DNA of 64,000 bases, from positions 11,470,001 to 11,534,000 of the forward strand of contig OX597821.1 in the NCBI GenBank assembly GCA_951406725.2, in the 5' to 3' direction. The DNA comes from Octopus vulgaris. Lineage: Eukaryota. The notes beneath the pieces are model-generated. The model was not told the DNA's origin and did not search any database. It saw only the letters and a list, made by a program, of their open reading frames with translations. Every line of letters starts with the position of its first letter. Position 1 is the stretch's first letter. Positions 29,240-43,418 of the stretch are shown piece by piece. Position numbers and translations under genes: made by a program.

Positions 29240-30425
29240 ATTCTTTCACCCGCACGATCTTCACTAAGAAAAAAAAGTCGGATTTTTTGCGCGGAATCAT
29301 GTATCCTGCCTTCCTAATATGCTGGAAATTCCTTATTTTTGTTGGGTGGGGTGGGAAACCGGACCGGACCCTCCCCATCCCGGAATCATTGGAATTTTTT
29401 TTCTTTTTTCGTTGAATGAATTCCGGTGACCTCCTAATATAATACAAAACCCATTTTTGGGTCCGGAAAGCGGGGTGGGGTGGGGTAGGAATTTATGGGG
29501 TGGAACCCTCGGAAATTTCACCCCACCCCCATTTTCAAATATTTTTTGCTATTTCTTTCTTTACCCATAATTTTAGATAACATTTTGCAGAAATACGTTT
29601 TCGAGATAGTGAGGAGTACATTAGATTGAAAATTCGAAGAAGTTTGAAACGAATAAGTGAAAATGCAGAGGTTATAGAAGTTAGTCGTAACGAAGTGTAG
29701 AGAAATAAATGATAAATTCATTAAAAAAAAAACACGTTAGAATTTTTGTATGTATGAGTGGTACGGATTAAAAGTATAATATTAACAAAATAACTTTTCC
29801 CTACCTCTTAAAATCACTGGATATAATACATATAATAATCCCGAATAGATTTTCCTGGATTGCCAGTCCTCAGTCAAACCGTCCAATCCATGCGAGTTGA
29901 AAAGCAGACGTTAATCGATGATGGTGATGATGATATATAATGATATATATAATTATGATAAATTGTAACCCTTCAAAATTTAGGTATACTTCGTCACCCA
30001 CTCACTCACTCTCTCTTTTTTCATTCTCTCTCTTTCTCTTACTCACTCTCTCTCTCCCCACACAAAAATGTAACACATTTCGGCGCTAAGAATTTCAAAG
30101 GGAAAATCTATTTTTGGCGCCGAAATGTGTTTCATTTTTGTGTGGGGAGAGAAATAGCAAAAGATATTTGAAAATGGGGGTGGGGGTTAAATTTCCTAGG
30201 GTTCCACCACACAAAACCCCACCCACCCTGTTTTCCGGACCCAAAAAGGGTTTTGTAGCATATTAGGAGGTCACCGGAAAAAATTCCAATAATTCCGGAA
30301 TATGAGGAGAGGGGGCGGTCCTCCAAACTTTTTTCCGAAAGGAGTTTGCAGCACATTAGAAGGTCAGGGTACTTGATTTCACGCAAAAAATCCAAGTTTT
30401 TTTTTCTTAGTGTAAATCGTGAGGG
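29240..30425. repeat. Inverted pair (29240-29550 / 30155-30425) of a diverged, possibly Helitron/DINE-like repeat, plus a 36-bp-arm hairpin at 30051-30152
   Basis: CACTAAGAAAAAAAAGTCGGATTTTTTGCG vs CGCAAAAAATCCAAGTTTTTTTTCTTAGTG; TCTCTCCCCACACAAAAATG / CATTTTTGTGTGGGGAGAGA. Confidence 0.65.
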
Positions 30426-30485
30426 TGAAAGGATCAAAATTTACCGAACATATATACACACACACTTATTAATGGTACACAGGTT

Positions 30486-31049
30486 GGATGCCGAATGCAC
30501 TTTCACCGAAGGACAAGAGGCCGAAGCCAAGAAGCCGAACGGACAAATCGCCGAAAAGAAATAAGAAAATTCAAATTTAATCTCGTTAACTTATTAGACG
30601 CCAAATTGGTGAATTGTTCATTAAACTATGTAGGTAGGAATGATTCATTATTATTATTATTATTATCATGTCCGTTCGATTTTATGTCTATCGGCATTGT
30701 GTCTGTTCAGCTTTATGTCCGTTCGGTATTTGTGTCCGTTCTGCTTCTAGGCTTTGCCGAATGCACTTTCACCGAAGGACAAGAGATCGAAGCCAAGAAG
30801 CCGAACGGACAAATCGCCGAAAAGAAATAAGAAAATTCAAATTTAATCTCGTTAACTTATTAGACCCCAAATTGGTGAATTGTTCATTAAACTATGTAGG
30901 TAGGAATGATTTATTATTATTATTGTGTCCGTTCGATTTTATGTCTATCAGCATTGTGTCTGTTCAGCTTTATGTCCGTTCGGCATTTGTATCCGTTCAG
31001 CTTCTTGGCTTTGCCTTTTTGTTCTTCGGTACAAGGACATTCGGCATCC
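30486..31049. mobile_element. MITE/foldback element with long TIRs and an internal ~265-bp tandem duplication
   Basis: Starts GGATGCCGAATG, ends CATTCGGCATCC; subterminal GCCGAA/GGACA repeats; the unit repeats at about 30490 and 30756. Confidence 0.75.
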
Positions 31050-31286
31050 TGTTCGCACATGTTATTAACATATACGTACACTTATATTTATAGAAATACG
31101 AATACATTCATTATATTTTTGTGCAGAAACTTAGAATGTTTAAAATCTCCTGAAGCTGATTAACTTTATTAGGCATGAGAAATCAACTTGTTTACCAATT
31201 CACAATTATTATACAGGCATACATCTATATAACTGCGCAAAAGCCCGGCATGCATGCATGCATACATACATACATACATACATACA

Positions 31287-31315
<29 letters not shown>

Positions 31316-31317
<2 letters not shown>

Positions 31318-31548
31318 TTCTTTACTACCCACAAGGGGCTAAACATAGAGGGGACAAACAAGGACAGACAAAGGGATTAAGTCGATTACATCGACCCCAG
31401 TGCGAAACTGGTACTTTATTTATCGACCCCGAAAGGATGAAAGGCAAAGTCGACCTCGGCGGAATCTGAACTCATAACGTAGCGGCAGACGAAATACAGC
31501 TAAGCATTTCGCGCGGCGTGCTAACGATTCTGCCAGCTCGCCGCCTTA
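31316..31548 (-). mobile_element. SINE family B, full length
   Basis: Reverse complement of the 13615 copy. Confidence 0.9.
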
Positions 31549-32537
31549 TACATCATAGATATATTTACATCAAAGATATATTTACATCATACATCATAGA
31601 TATATTTACACACACTCTCTCTTCCACGTACACGCACGCACACACATATACACGCACACGTACAGGCCTACGTTGGAATTCGGCGCAGTTTCCTTCTGAA
31701 GAATCCTACTAATGAATCACCATCAATCAACAACTAAGAATCAACATCAATCACCCTTGGTGTGAGGGTAATATAAAGGACACTCTCCCTAGGTGCATCA
31801 CAGCGTATTTGAACCCGGATCTCTATGGTTTAGAATGGAACTATTTAACTACTCCGTTATGTCTGTTCTTGTGTAGATATCTAGTCTTTGATGCTAGCTC
31901 TCTCTTAATGCTCTTCTCTCTCTTTTAAGATTATTTATCTACAGAGAAATATATATTTCTGACCCGCACAGTGAGTAACTTTTTCTCTCTTCATTTGAAG
32001 ATTGTTGCTTTTGATAATCAACGAAACTATAGAATATGTTCTGTTGTTGGAGAGTTAAGGTGGGCTGCTGCATCAACAAGCATCAAATCAGCAAAGCGCA
32101 GAAATTGAATTACGTTAGTGAGCTTAGAAGAGAAGAATTATCTAATATTTTTCACTGATCTGTAGTTATATAATCAGTAACGTTCTCCTTCAATGACCAG
32201 ATATGTGAGAATATTGCTGTATCAATTTTTTCTTCGCTTTGTATTAGAAATAGTTGTGTATATCTGCAAAAAAAACAACAAACAAAAAAAAACACGCACA
32301 TATTCATATACACAGAGTAAAACAGCAAACATGAGGACACTAAGATGTGGTGTGCTGACAAATATATAAAATGTTCAAATAGTGGAATAAATTTTATATA
32401 GTGAGGTAGAGCAACAATCTATCTTTTCGGTGTGAACCCCTGGTTAAACTCCAAATGTTAAACTTCTCACATTCTTCCACCATAGCATATATTTTTTTCA
32501 ACTGTTTAAACTATTTGTATTATTTCTATACTGGTGA

Positions 32538-32720
32538 AGGCGGTGAGCTGGTGGAATATTTACTATGCCAAACAAAATGCCTAGCGGCATTACTCTAGCT
32601 TTAAGTTCTGATTTCAAATAATGCCGATAAAATGGTCACCAATTGAGCACTGGGACCGATGTAGACATAACTCCTCCCAAGAAATTGCTGGCTTTGTGCC
32701 AAAATCTGAAATTAATATTA

Positions 32721-32815
<95 letters not shown>

Positions 32816-33025
32816 ACTTTTTTTTTCTTCTTTCAAATTTTCTTCCATTTCTTGCCGAGTGTCTTCCCGACTCCTAGGGCAAAGAAACTCATAGTATACT
32901 TTGGTAGGCCATTAAACCAAACTCAATAGTTCGTTCATTTTTTTATTTTTTTTTTTTTAAGTTATATTAAAATACATGAGCAGCAACAGTTCTCACATCG
33001 ACAATGCTCTTCTCAATACGTGTGA

Positions 33026-33083
<58 letters not shown>

Positions 33084-33510
33084 TTATTATTATTATTATT
33101 ATTAAGGCAGCAAGCAGATAGGTTCGTTAGCACACCGGGCAAAATACTGTTCTTACATTCTGGGCTCAAATTCCGCCAGGTTCGACTTCGCCCCTTATCG
33201 TTTTGGGATCGTCAAAATAAGTAGCAGTTGAATATTATGACCGATGTAATCAATTAACCCCACTCACCAAAATTTCAGGTCTTTTGCAAATTGTATTATT
33301 ATTGTATATATGCTGACGGCAGCCTACTGACAGAATCCTTATAACGTCCGAAAAATGCTTAGCGGCGTTTATTCAGGCTCTTTACATTATGGGTTCAAAT
33401 GTCACCGAAGTCGATTTTGCTTTTCATATTTTGGGGGTTGATAAAATATGTACCAGCCAAGAACTAGAGTCGATGCATCAAAGTGCTGGCCTTGTACCAA
33501 CAATTAAAGA
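32538..33510 (+). mobile_element. Cluster of degraded SINE family B copies separated by (TTA)n/(TTG)n
   Basis: Heads GGCGGTGAGCTGG (32539), AAGGCAGCAAGC (33105), GGCAGCCTACTGACAG (33318). Confidence 0.6.
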
Positions 33511-33644
33511 GAATCATGTTGATGCTTCTAAGGGCGGAAGAATACTTAGAATGTTTAGAGCGTAGGGCAAATAGTCTTTTATTCCAGAATTTACAACAGT
33601 CCAACATCTACATAACTTTTCATTCTTTAGAGTTTACTGAAGTA

Positions 33645-34030
33645 GGGAAGCACACCGTTGGTTACAACGACGAGGGTTCCGGTTGATCCGAATCAACGGA
33701 ACAGCCTGCTCGTGAAATTAACGTGTAAGTGGCTGAGCACTCCACAGACACGTGTACCCTTAACGTAGTTCTCGGGGATATTCAGCGTGACACAGAGAGT
33801 GACAAGGCCGGCCCTTTGAAATACAGGTACAACAGAAACAGGAAGTAAGAGTGAGAGAAAGTTGTGGTGAAAGAGTACAGCAGGGATCACCACCATCCCC
33901 TGCCGGAGCATCGTGGAACTTTAGGTGTTTTCGCTCAATAAACACTCACAACGCCGGGTCTGGGAATCGAAACCGCGATCCTACGACCGCGAGTCCGCTG
34001 CCCTAACCACTGGGCCATTGCGCCTCCACT
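33645..34030 (-). mobile_element. SINE family C, near full length
   Basis: Minus head GGAGGCGCAATGGCCCAGTGGTTAGGGCAGCGGACTCGCGGTC..TTTCGATTCCC; the body matches 1-168. Confidence 0.8.
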
Positions 34031-34034
34031 TTAA

Positions 34035-36685
34035 GTGTGATAGGGCGTGGAACAAGAAGTACAGGAGAATGAATTTTAAAAAAATGTGGAACTGGTTGAT
34101 ACTATTCAATGAACGGACGCGAAATGGTAACAAATGGAATTCCTGGTGACATTACTGTATTTTTTGATCAGCAGAATATAGATAGAGGCAGTGTGCTGAT
34201 TGAGGATGGTCATATACTAATTAATGGGGTGTTGGAACGAGTAAATTCACAGGATATAAAATGTGATTATGATTTTTCAAAAAACCGACCAGTCAGTGGA
34301 AACTAAATCAAGAATCTATGCAGATTTCTACAGTTGTGAACCACAGAAGAAAAAGCAACCTAGCGGATTCCAGTAGGCTTATCGAGGCAGCTAGTCGAGT
34401 TGAAGCGAAAGGCATGGGACAGAAAGTCAGAGAATAAAAGAAAGCAAAGACTCCTCGTGTTAGAAAATAAGAATATTAGGTGACATAGATAAGCTTAATC
34501 GTGATGTGTTGGTATTGGAAAGAGAAAGGGTGATCCTAGGAATGGCTATGAATAGGGTATAATGAGAAAAAAATGGTATCAAAAGAAAAGGACTGAAGGT
34601 TGTAAATGAAAAACAAAAGAGCGAAGTTTGACAAAAACAGGAAAATATATGATCAAATAGTGAAGCAATGGAGATAAAACAAATTATTTGAAACTGATCA
34701 GAAGACATTTTTATCAAGGAATAACTGGAAAATTAGCACACAAAAGAAGCATATCAGAAGCAGAAGAAAATCGTGTATTTAGGAGTAAGATGTAGAGTTA
34801 AGAGAATATGTGGCTAAAAAAATCTATCTACCAACAGGAAAAGAAAAAGAATTGAAAAAAAGAATGTGTGACAAGGAAATAGAAGATGAGTAATTGGAAA
34901 GCAGTTGGACCTGATGGTGTTCAGGCGTATTGGATAAAGAAGCTGACAGGATGCCATAAAAGAGCAGTAGAACAGCTTAATGCACTGATGAACGGAAATG
35001 AAGAAATTCCTGAGGGGATAAATATTGGACAAACGGTAACTCTGTTTGAAGGGTGCTTCAAAAGGGAATGTTGTGGATAATTACTGATCCATATCATGCT
35101 TGCCACTGACGTGGAACCCGTTCTATGGAATAAATGGCTAATGGAATGTATGCGTTTCTTGATGATAACGGAATTCTCCCTGTTGAGCAAAGGGGTTATA
35201 AATGGAATTACAGGGAACTAGTATATAAAATGGCGATGAAAGACTGTGAGCAAGAGAAGACACGTTTCACCATGGCTTGGATAGATTACTGCAACGACTA
35301 TAATACGATAACACGTTTGTGGATCATCGAATGTTTGAACATGTGTGAGAGTACAAAGAATACCAAATGGTTTAAGTAAAAAGACATTGTAAATTGGAAG
35401 AGAGAACCTTAGAATGTTAAGAATCAAGAGAATGATTTTTTCAGGTGATAGCGTGTCCTTTTCATTATTTATTTTATGCAAGATTCCTTTAATATTGTTA
35501 TTGAAAAAAGTAATATCTGGATGTGAGTTTAACGCGAAATAACAAACGATCAACCGTCTTATTACTTAGGGATGTCATCAAACCAGTGCTTCAGTGAACA
35601 TATTTCATTGTATGAAAAAAGAATACAAAAATGGAATTGAACCGAAAAAGATGTGGAATATTGGTGCTGACGAGAGAGAAATTTAATAGAATTGATGTTC
35701 CCAATTGTCGTAAAATGAAATCATGGAAAGAACTGACGATACTGGGTTTCTATACCTAGACTGATTGGAAGTGAATGAACTGATGGAAGAAGAAACCAAG
35801 AAAAGCTTTACCCACGACTGTCTCCGAAGAGGATAACAAGTGCTACACTCAAAACTGTATAGAAAAGTTTCAAGTAATCAATACATGGGTGGTTGCATTA
35901 TTGAGGTATGATACTGGTATTACCATTTAAAGGGAAGAAGAGTTACAGGGGTTGGTCCGAATAAAGTACTCACAATGTATGGAACAGTCAACCCCAAAAG
36001 CGATATTGATAGGTGTATCTAATTAGATAGAAAGGTGGGTCAGGGCTAATCAACTGTGGAATCAGTATATGTTCAGAAGAAAATAGTTTGGCGAGGTGTA
36101 TATCAGACGTGGCAGAGAACGCTTACTGGTTCGTGTGAAAATGTCTGGTAGAGTCAGGATAAATATTCTCGTGACGATAGAAGTATATAACGACAAAAAG
36201 GAATAAGGAAAACGAAAGAAAATGGAATGAAAAAATGTACCTGCAGTCTACGAGAAAGTTGGGTAGGAATACATACAACGATAGAAGGTGGCGTTGGCTA
36301 AGAAAGACGGACTTGAAGCCAGAAACAGAAGGGCTTATGTGTGTTGTGCAGAAAGAAGCACTTCGCATAAATTAAACTCAATGTAAGATTGACAATATAG
36401 CTGAAAGGGAGAAGAGCTAGTTGTGCAGTAATAAAGGTGAGACTGAATTCCATAGTACAAAAGAGTGCACAAAACTGATCAAAAATAAATACCAGAAAAA
36501 AAAACTATGATATCGCAAGAATGAATTACTGAGAGGTGTTTGACAAATATGGATTGTATAGTACAAAGATGTGGTATGACAAAACTTAGGAGATGTAACT
36601 GAGGATGACAAGTTAAAGATACTGTAGGACGTAATGGTTTAAAATGATCCGGAAACTAAACGTCGAAAGCCTAATAGCTGCTTAA
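34035..36685 (+). mobile_element. R4/Dong-like RLE non-LTR retrotransposon, long degenerate ORF
   Basis: SNWKAVGPDGVQAYWIKKL, EQRG, MAWIDY, IFSGDSVS, INTWVVALLRY, NPKSDIDR, WLRKTDLKPETEGLMCVVQKEALR, RRKPN. Confidence 0.85.
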
Positions 36686-37129
36686 TCTAAAATAAAAATG
36701 AGTGTAGTGTGTATATATATATATATATATATATATTTGTTCAAAATTCCAGAGTAGGAGTAGGGAGTAGGAAAAAGAGTAGTATAACTAAAGGGAGAGG
36801 AGAGAATATAGTTATTCAGCGAAGGAGAAGTAGTGAGAGTAATACCCTTGACTGAAAGAGAGAGAGAGAGTAATAGCAATGAGAGAAAGGTAGTTTGTAA
36901 TGTTAGTGTCTTTAATTGTTATTTGTTGTAGCTGTTGCTGTTGTGGTATTGGTTGTGATTGTTGTTATTGTTGTTGTTGTGTGTGGGATGGCTTGTGTTT
37001 TAGGTGTTAGAAGTGGTGGTGTCGATGCAGAGATTGTTTTCAATGCATTTGTTTTATTGTTTTGTTGTTTTTATTCTTTCTACTTAACTGCCCCTAATGC
37101 AGTACTAGGCACTGGCATCTGATCTTAAC

Positions 37130-38750
37130 TGATTGGAAGTGTTATCATGTACATATTTTGTCTTGGTATAAAAGATGGGCTACAGCAAGTATTCTGCTCA
37201 ATACCACAGATTTACCTGTCAGTTGTTTGACCATAACCAGTTGAGCATTCCCGTGATGGCTGACGGAAAGTGCGTCTCTGATCACGAGCAGAAGTAATGG
37301 AGGAGCATCATATCCATGTGTTGAGGGGAATTCTTCGGATTTTGAATAATTCACTTCTGGAAACATGAGTATTTCATTCAACACCTGTAAATAATCCTTA
37401 TTCAGGAACCTTTTGAGCGTAATGGGCTACTCAACCCGAAGAAAATTCTAATTGGGCCCGACGTGCAGTCATGCACTGTTAATCTTGATATGAGATCAGC
37501 ATGTCGCGCACATATGGTTGTGCTGCATGTGCCCAGTACGGGTAGTCACGTTGGGTATACTGGGCATGTCCCTTAGTGGCTGACAATATGTGCATCTCTG
37601 ATCACTAGCAGAAGTAGTAGGGGGAGCATCATAGGCATGTGTTGAGAGGGATTCTTTGGGGTTTGAATAATTCACCTCTGGAAACATGGGTGTTTCGTTC
37701 AACATCCTTAAACAGGCCTCATTCATGGACCTTTTGAGCGGGATGGGTTAGTCGACCAGAAGAAAATTCTAACTGGGCTCCACCTGCAAGGTCATGTGCC
37801 GTTTACCTTGATATGAGATCACCATGTCGCGCACATATGGTTGTGATTCATGTGCCTAGTGTACCCTTATCAGACAGGTAGTCATGATGGGTATGCTGGG
37901 CCACCAGGCATTTAAAAACGTCCTTTCTTTCCCGGTTAAAGGAAAGCGGCTGGACAATCTTCACGATGGATTTAGTTGACGGCCGGATCCATCCCAGACG
38001 TGACAGCAGGTGTTCGACATAAACCTACAGGTCAGCAATGCTCGGGCACTGGACGAGTGCATGCAGGACTCGTCGTCCAGCGCGCATCTCGGACATGCTC
38101 GTCTGACAGCACCTCCATGCCTGTAAATATCATATAGAACAAGCAAAGCACCCCGGTGATACTGCCAGGCCAGATATTTTGGGAAGTTATCCACCAGTCC
38201 CGGTCCAAAATTTCTCCGGAAAAAGTGACTAGCTGATCTTCTTCGACGCCCAAGATTTCTCCAAGAATGTCGTCACTCTTTTCCTCCACTAATCCTCTAT
38301 AAAAAGCTAAAGTGGACGTTCCACCTATCGCACTGTCCAATTGGCTGAGAGCTGTGTGTGCTTCAAGACATTCCACTTTCTAAATGCTTCTGTCTGTCTC
38401 TGTTTCACCCAGGACTGTAGCTTCGTAAAAAAACTAGTTGCAGAAATACCCATGTGTTGAGAGGAATTCTTCGGAATTTGAATAATTCACCTCTAGAAAC
38501 ATGAGTGTTTCATTCAACACTCGTAAAAAATCCTTATTCAGGAACCTTTTGAAAATTCTAACTGGGTCCCACTTGCAAAGTCATGCGTTGTCTATCTTGA
38601 TATAAGATCACCATGTCACGTACATATGGTTGTGCTGCATGTGCCTGGTGTACCCTTATCAGACAGGTAGTCATGATGGGTATACTGAACTTCGTATATT
38701 TTACCCCAGTGTCACTTTGATGGCATGCACCGCTCTCTCACTCAATTATA
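37130..38750 (-). repeat. Three ~300-bp tandem units of an interspersed repeat (probable retroelement UTR), interrupted by a Tx1-like fragment
   Basis: CATGTGTTGAG.GG.ATTC...TTTGAATAATTCAC.TCT.GAAACATG at about 37316, 37637 and 38451. Confidence 0.7.
37920..38430 (-). mobile_element. Tx1/L1-clade LINE ORF2 fragment
   Basis: STLAFYRGLVEE..ILGEILGV; MDNFPKYLAWQYHRGAL..CPRCALDDESCMH (CCHC knuckle). Confidence 0.75.
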
Positions 38751-39838
38751 TAACAATAATACAATTTGAGTGAAGGCCAAGGCCTGCAGTTTTGTACAGA
38801 AGATGCTAATCGATTATATTAACCCTCCGTGCCTGACTGGTATTTCATTTTATCGACCCCGAAGGACAATTTTGACCTCTGCAGTATTTGAAATCAAGGC
38901 GCAGAGTCATAGCAAATGCTGTAAATCACTTTCCTAGACGCTCAAACAAACCTGCTAAACAGAAAAAAAAACCGCATAAATACATGGAAACTTAAATATT
39001 TTGAAATCTCTGACAATTTTGTCCCCTTGCTTTTGTGTATATTTTTGCAACTAACACTTCACTACGGCAAAAGATACATAAATATTTAATATAAATCTAT
39101 ATTGATTGTTTATTCAAATTTTATTCTATACAATATAATCTTCAATATCAAGTCATCTCATGAGTATAGATAACACGACACAATATTATATTACTTTTAA
39201 AATTATTCCTACCATGATTCTATTTTTGTTGTTGTTGACGTCGTTGATTTTTGCTTTCAAGTATCGCCATTAAATAGAAAGAAAAGAGAACAAAATGAAG
39301 TCTTTCTCCCCGAAGTATCATTTCCGTAAAAAAGGATGAAAAGAAAAAGAAAACAGATCTTTGATCATTTAACTTCATAGCTTTTTATAAACTAAGAATC
39401 ACTTGAAGATGATTGAACGAATAGTGAATTAACAAAAGCTCTAAAGGACCGCCATGTTTATGCTGACGTAGCTACTTATTATTTATTATTTGATTTTTGT
39501 TTGTTTCATTTTCGCATTTTTCTTTTCCGTATTTCTTTTAAATTTTAGTTCTACAAGTGTTGTTAAATTTTAGTTTTACTTGTATTGTTAAAGTTTTTTG
39601 TTATTAGCTCCTAAACTGTACAAGACACAAAGTTATAAACTATAACATGGCTATGAGATACACAGAAAAACTTTAAAGAAGAAATATTTCAGGACTGAGA
39701 AAAAAAACAAAACATAGAAAGAAAAAGAAACGAATATCCGAATTGGTAAATAAAAACAAACGAAAACATAAAAATACAAATCTATATTTAATACATACTA
39801 ACACCCCTTTATATATGCCAGCGCGCGTGTATACGTAC

Positions 39839-39869
<31 letters not shown>

Positions 39870-39922
39870 CATACATAGTATGAATATATATATATATGTA
39901 TGTATGTATGAATGTATGCATG

Positions 39923-39973
<51 letters not shown>

Positions 39974-39980
39974 CTATGTG

Positions 39981-40012
<32 letters not shown>

Positions 40013-40014
40013 TG

Positions 40015-40055
<41 letters not shown>

Positions 40056-40689
40056 ATGTATGTATATATGTATGTATATATATACAAATTCAGTAAATAT
40101 GACATACCTCATGAATATGCAACAGAGACGTGTATATATACATGTACACAGGCAACCATATATATTCAGTATTTATATTAATATATGCCCATGTATGTGT
40201 GTGCATGTGTGTGCGTGCGTGAGAGAGAGAGGGGGGAGTGTGTGTATGCATGTACGTATGCAATACATGCATACTTATGCATCTATAAAATATTAAAAAA
40301 CTATGTATGATTACATACATATGCTGCAACGTTTATACATAAGGACATGCATATATGTATGATGTGTGTATGTAATGTATATATATATATATATAAATAT
40401 ATATACATATATATATATGCATGTATGTTTGTGTATATGTATCTGTGTGTGTGTGCGTGTGTGTGTGTGCATGCGAGTGTGTGTGTGTGTGTGTGTATGT
40501 TTGTGTGTGTGCGTGCGTGTACGTATGCATGTATGAATCACGTCTCGAATATTTTCGATTTTTTTTTTGTGTTTGTGCAATAGCGAAAAATAATGAAGTA
40601 GTTGAAATACAAACATGTATTTAAATAAGCATACAAAGACACCCACCCTCTCTCTCTCATACACACCCACGCACAAACACTGAATAAAA

Positions 40690-40724
<35 letters not shown>

Positions 40725-40735
40725 ACACAGATATC

Positions 40736-40772
<37 letters not shown>

Positions 40773-41382
40773 AGAGAAGGAGCGAGACAGAACCATATAG
40801 AAATAGTTATATAAAGATTGAGAGAGAGAGAAAGAGAGAGAGAGAGAAATAGATTGAGCGAGAAAGAGAGAGAGCGAGAAAGAGAGAGAGAGAAAGAGAG
40901 AGAGAGGGGGAGAGTGTGAGAGAGATAAAGAGAAATGTAAACAGCTTCAATCGATATTTCAATTTATGTTGAGATTACAGAAACTGCTCTTTAAACATCA
41001 AAAGCGTTAGATTAATAAACAGGATTTTAATACAAAAGTGACTAACAATAGCAAAAAAAAACAAAACCCAGAAAGCCAATAAATGGAAACAGCAGTAGCA
41101 GCAGAAACATCAACAATAACTAAAACAACAGCAACAACACCAACATAAATAACAAGAGTGTAGGTGCAACAAGCATACTCCAGAAATCCAACGCCAAATA
41201 TTTCAAATATAGATACCTGGTGAGAGAGTATTTTAAACATTGATATTATCAGTGTATCTATATTACATGTATTACAATATTACATACAGGTGTGTGTATA
41301 GGCATATATACACACGAATATGTACGCATACGTGTAAAAGTATATACTTGAAATTTCTGTCTGTTTTTTTCTTCTGTTTTAA

Positions 41383-41449
<67 letters not shown>

Positions 41450-41576
41450 TATATACACACTTATCTCTACAGTGTATCTACATATATGTACTGAAATGTC
41501 TGTGAGTGTGTGTATATATATAAATATAAATAAATATCTATATATATAGAAATGTATATATTCATGTGCAAATATA

Positions 41577-41673
<97 letters not shown>

Positions 41674-41683
41674 GTATACATAT

Positions 41684-41944
<261 letters not shown>

Positions 41945-41945
<1 letters not shown>

Positions 41946-42467
41946 TTAATAATAATAATACAACAAAAGAATGAATGCGACCTCAATATTCTGTAAAATA
42001 GAAGAATTTATCTATAAATATAATATGTGACAATTAATTGGTTGTCATAATAAAACTCAGAGTTTTGGATACCGGGGCTGAATTCTGCTCCGGCATCGCA
42101 TCAATTATTAAGACAAAACGCTATGAAAAAATAACGTTGAAAAAAAGGAAATTACTCCAATAGACAAAGTGAAAGTAATACTATATATATATAGTATATC
42201 CATATATGTGTGTGTATGTATATGTATACGTGTGTGTGAGTATGTATATAGATATATATATATACATGTGTATGTGTGTGCGCATATGTGAGCATATGCA
42301 GATTCTATGAATGAAGTATGACTTTCACCATAGCTATTGGAGTAATTTCCCTTTATTCAACGGATTTATTTTCATAGCGTTTTGTCTTAATAACTGAGGA
42401 GATGCCGGAGCAGACTTCAGCCCCAGTATCCGAAAGTCTGAGTTTTATTATGACAACCAACAAAATT
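41945..42467. mobile_element. Head-to-head inverted pair of a hammerhead-bearing element (HHR minus 42042-42116, plus 42382-42456)
   Basis: Plus copy ttgtcttaataa-CTGAGGA-gatgccgg..ccagtatc-c-GAAAg-tctga-GTT-ttattatgacaa; 12-bp stem I with one mismatch; arms 42031-42183/42315-42467. Confidence 0.75.
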
Positions 42468-42468
42468 G

Positions 42469-42505
<37 letters not shown>

Positions 42506-42577
42506 ACACACTCACACACACACTCACACACACACACACACACATATATACAAATACATATATACATATATATACAC

Positions 42578-42637
<60 letters not shown>

Positions 42638-42681
42638 ATATATATATATATACACCTATATATATATATATATATATATAT

Positions 42682-43340
42682 AACTTATAAATGAGGGCAA
42701 ACGAAAAAAATTCTAATGCCAAATAAGGCGAAATTAGACACATTGTCCTTAACCATTATAATTTTTCCCAATACGCACGCTACATGAAAAAGGTCGATAG
42801 AAATTTCTAAAATATTCCATATTTTAATATGCTGGCCATTGATAAATTTTCTTCTAAAAAGAAAATTCTCCTACATAAAATATACATTTAATAGTGTTCA
42901 CTTCCGGACTCTCTCACTCTGTGAGAGCCTCAGTTCAAATCGCACGTGTCTTGAATGAGCTAGAGAATTTCTATTTTGGATGTATTTGGGTTACTTAATT
43001 GTGCTCATGACTTAGTGTTTGTTTCTTCCATGGGTATGAGTAAGTATCTCATTTATTTCTTTGCCACATTTATCACTGACGAAAGGGAGGGTTCTTATGA
43101 ACTAACCCTGAAATCGGTCCGGTATGGTAATAATGGAATTTTTTAGAAATTTCTGTCGACCGTTTCTGTGATAAACTATAATGGTTATGGACAATGTGTC
43201 TAATTTTGGCATATTTGGCATTAGGAATTTTTTCATTTGCCCTCATTTATAAGTTATTTATAAATTTAACCTTTAACGGTATTTTTTAATATGCTAGCCA
43301 TTGATAAAATTTTTTTTCGAAAAAAAAATTTATCCTACAT

Positions 43341-43345
<5 letters not shown>
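42682..43345 (+). mobile_element. Hammerhead-bearing element (HHR 43071-43124) preceded by an inverted partial copy, flanked by (TA)n
   Basis: tatca-CTGACGA-AGGG-ag-GGTTC-ttat-GAACT-aa-CCCT-GAAAT-CG-GTC-cggta; 42682-42820 is the reverse complement of 43133-43255. Confidence 0.75.

Positions 43346-43418
<73 letters not shown>

Noticed and set aside
30490-31049. CRISPR-like short repeats (GCCGAA/GTCCGTTCG)
   Set aside because: Repeats are too short and irregular, lie within TIRs, have no cas genes, and the context is eukaryotic
33955-34030. tRNA-like sequence on the minus strand
   Set aside because: Continues into a SINE body shared with 1-168
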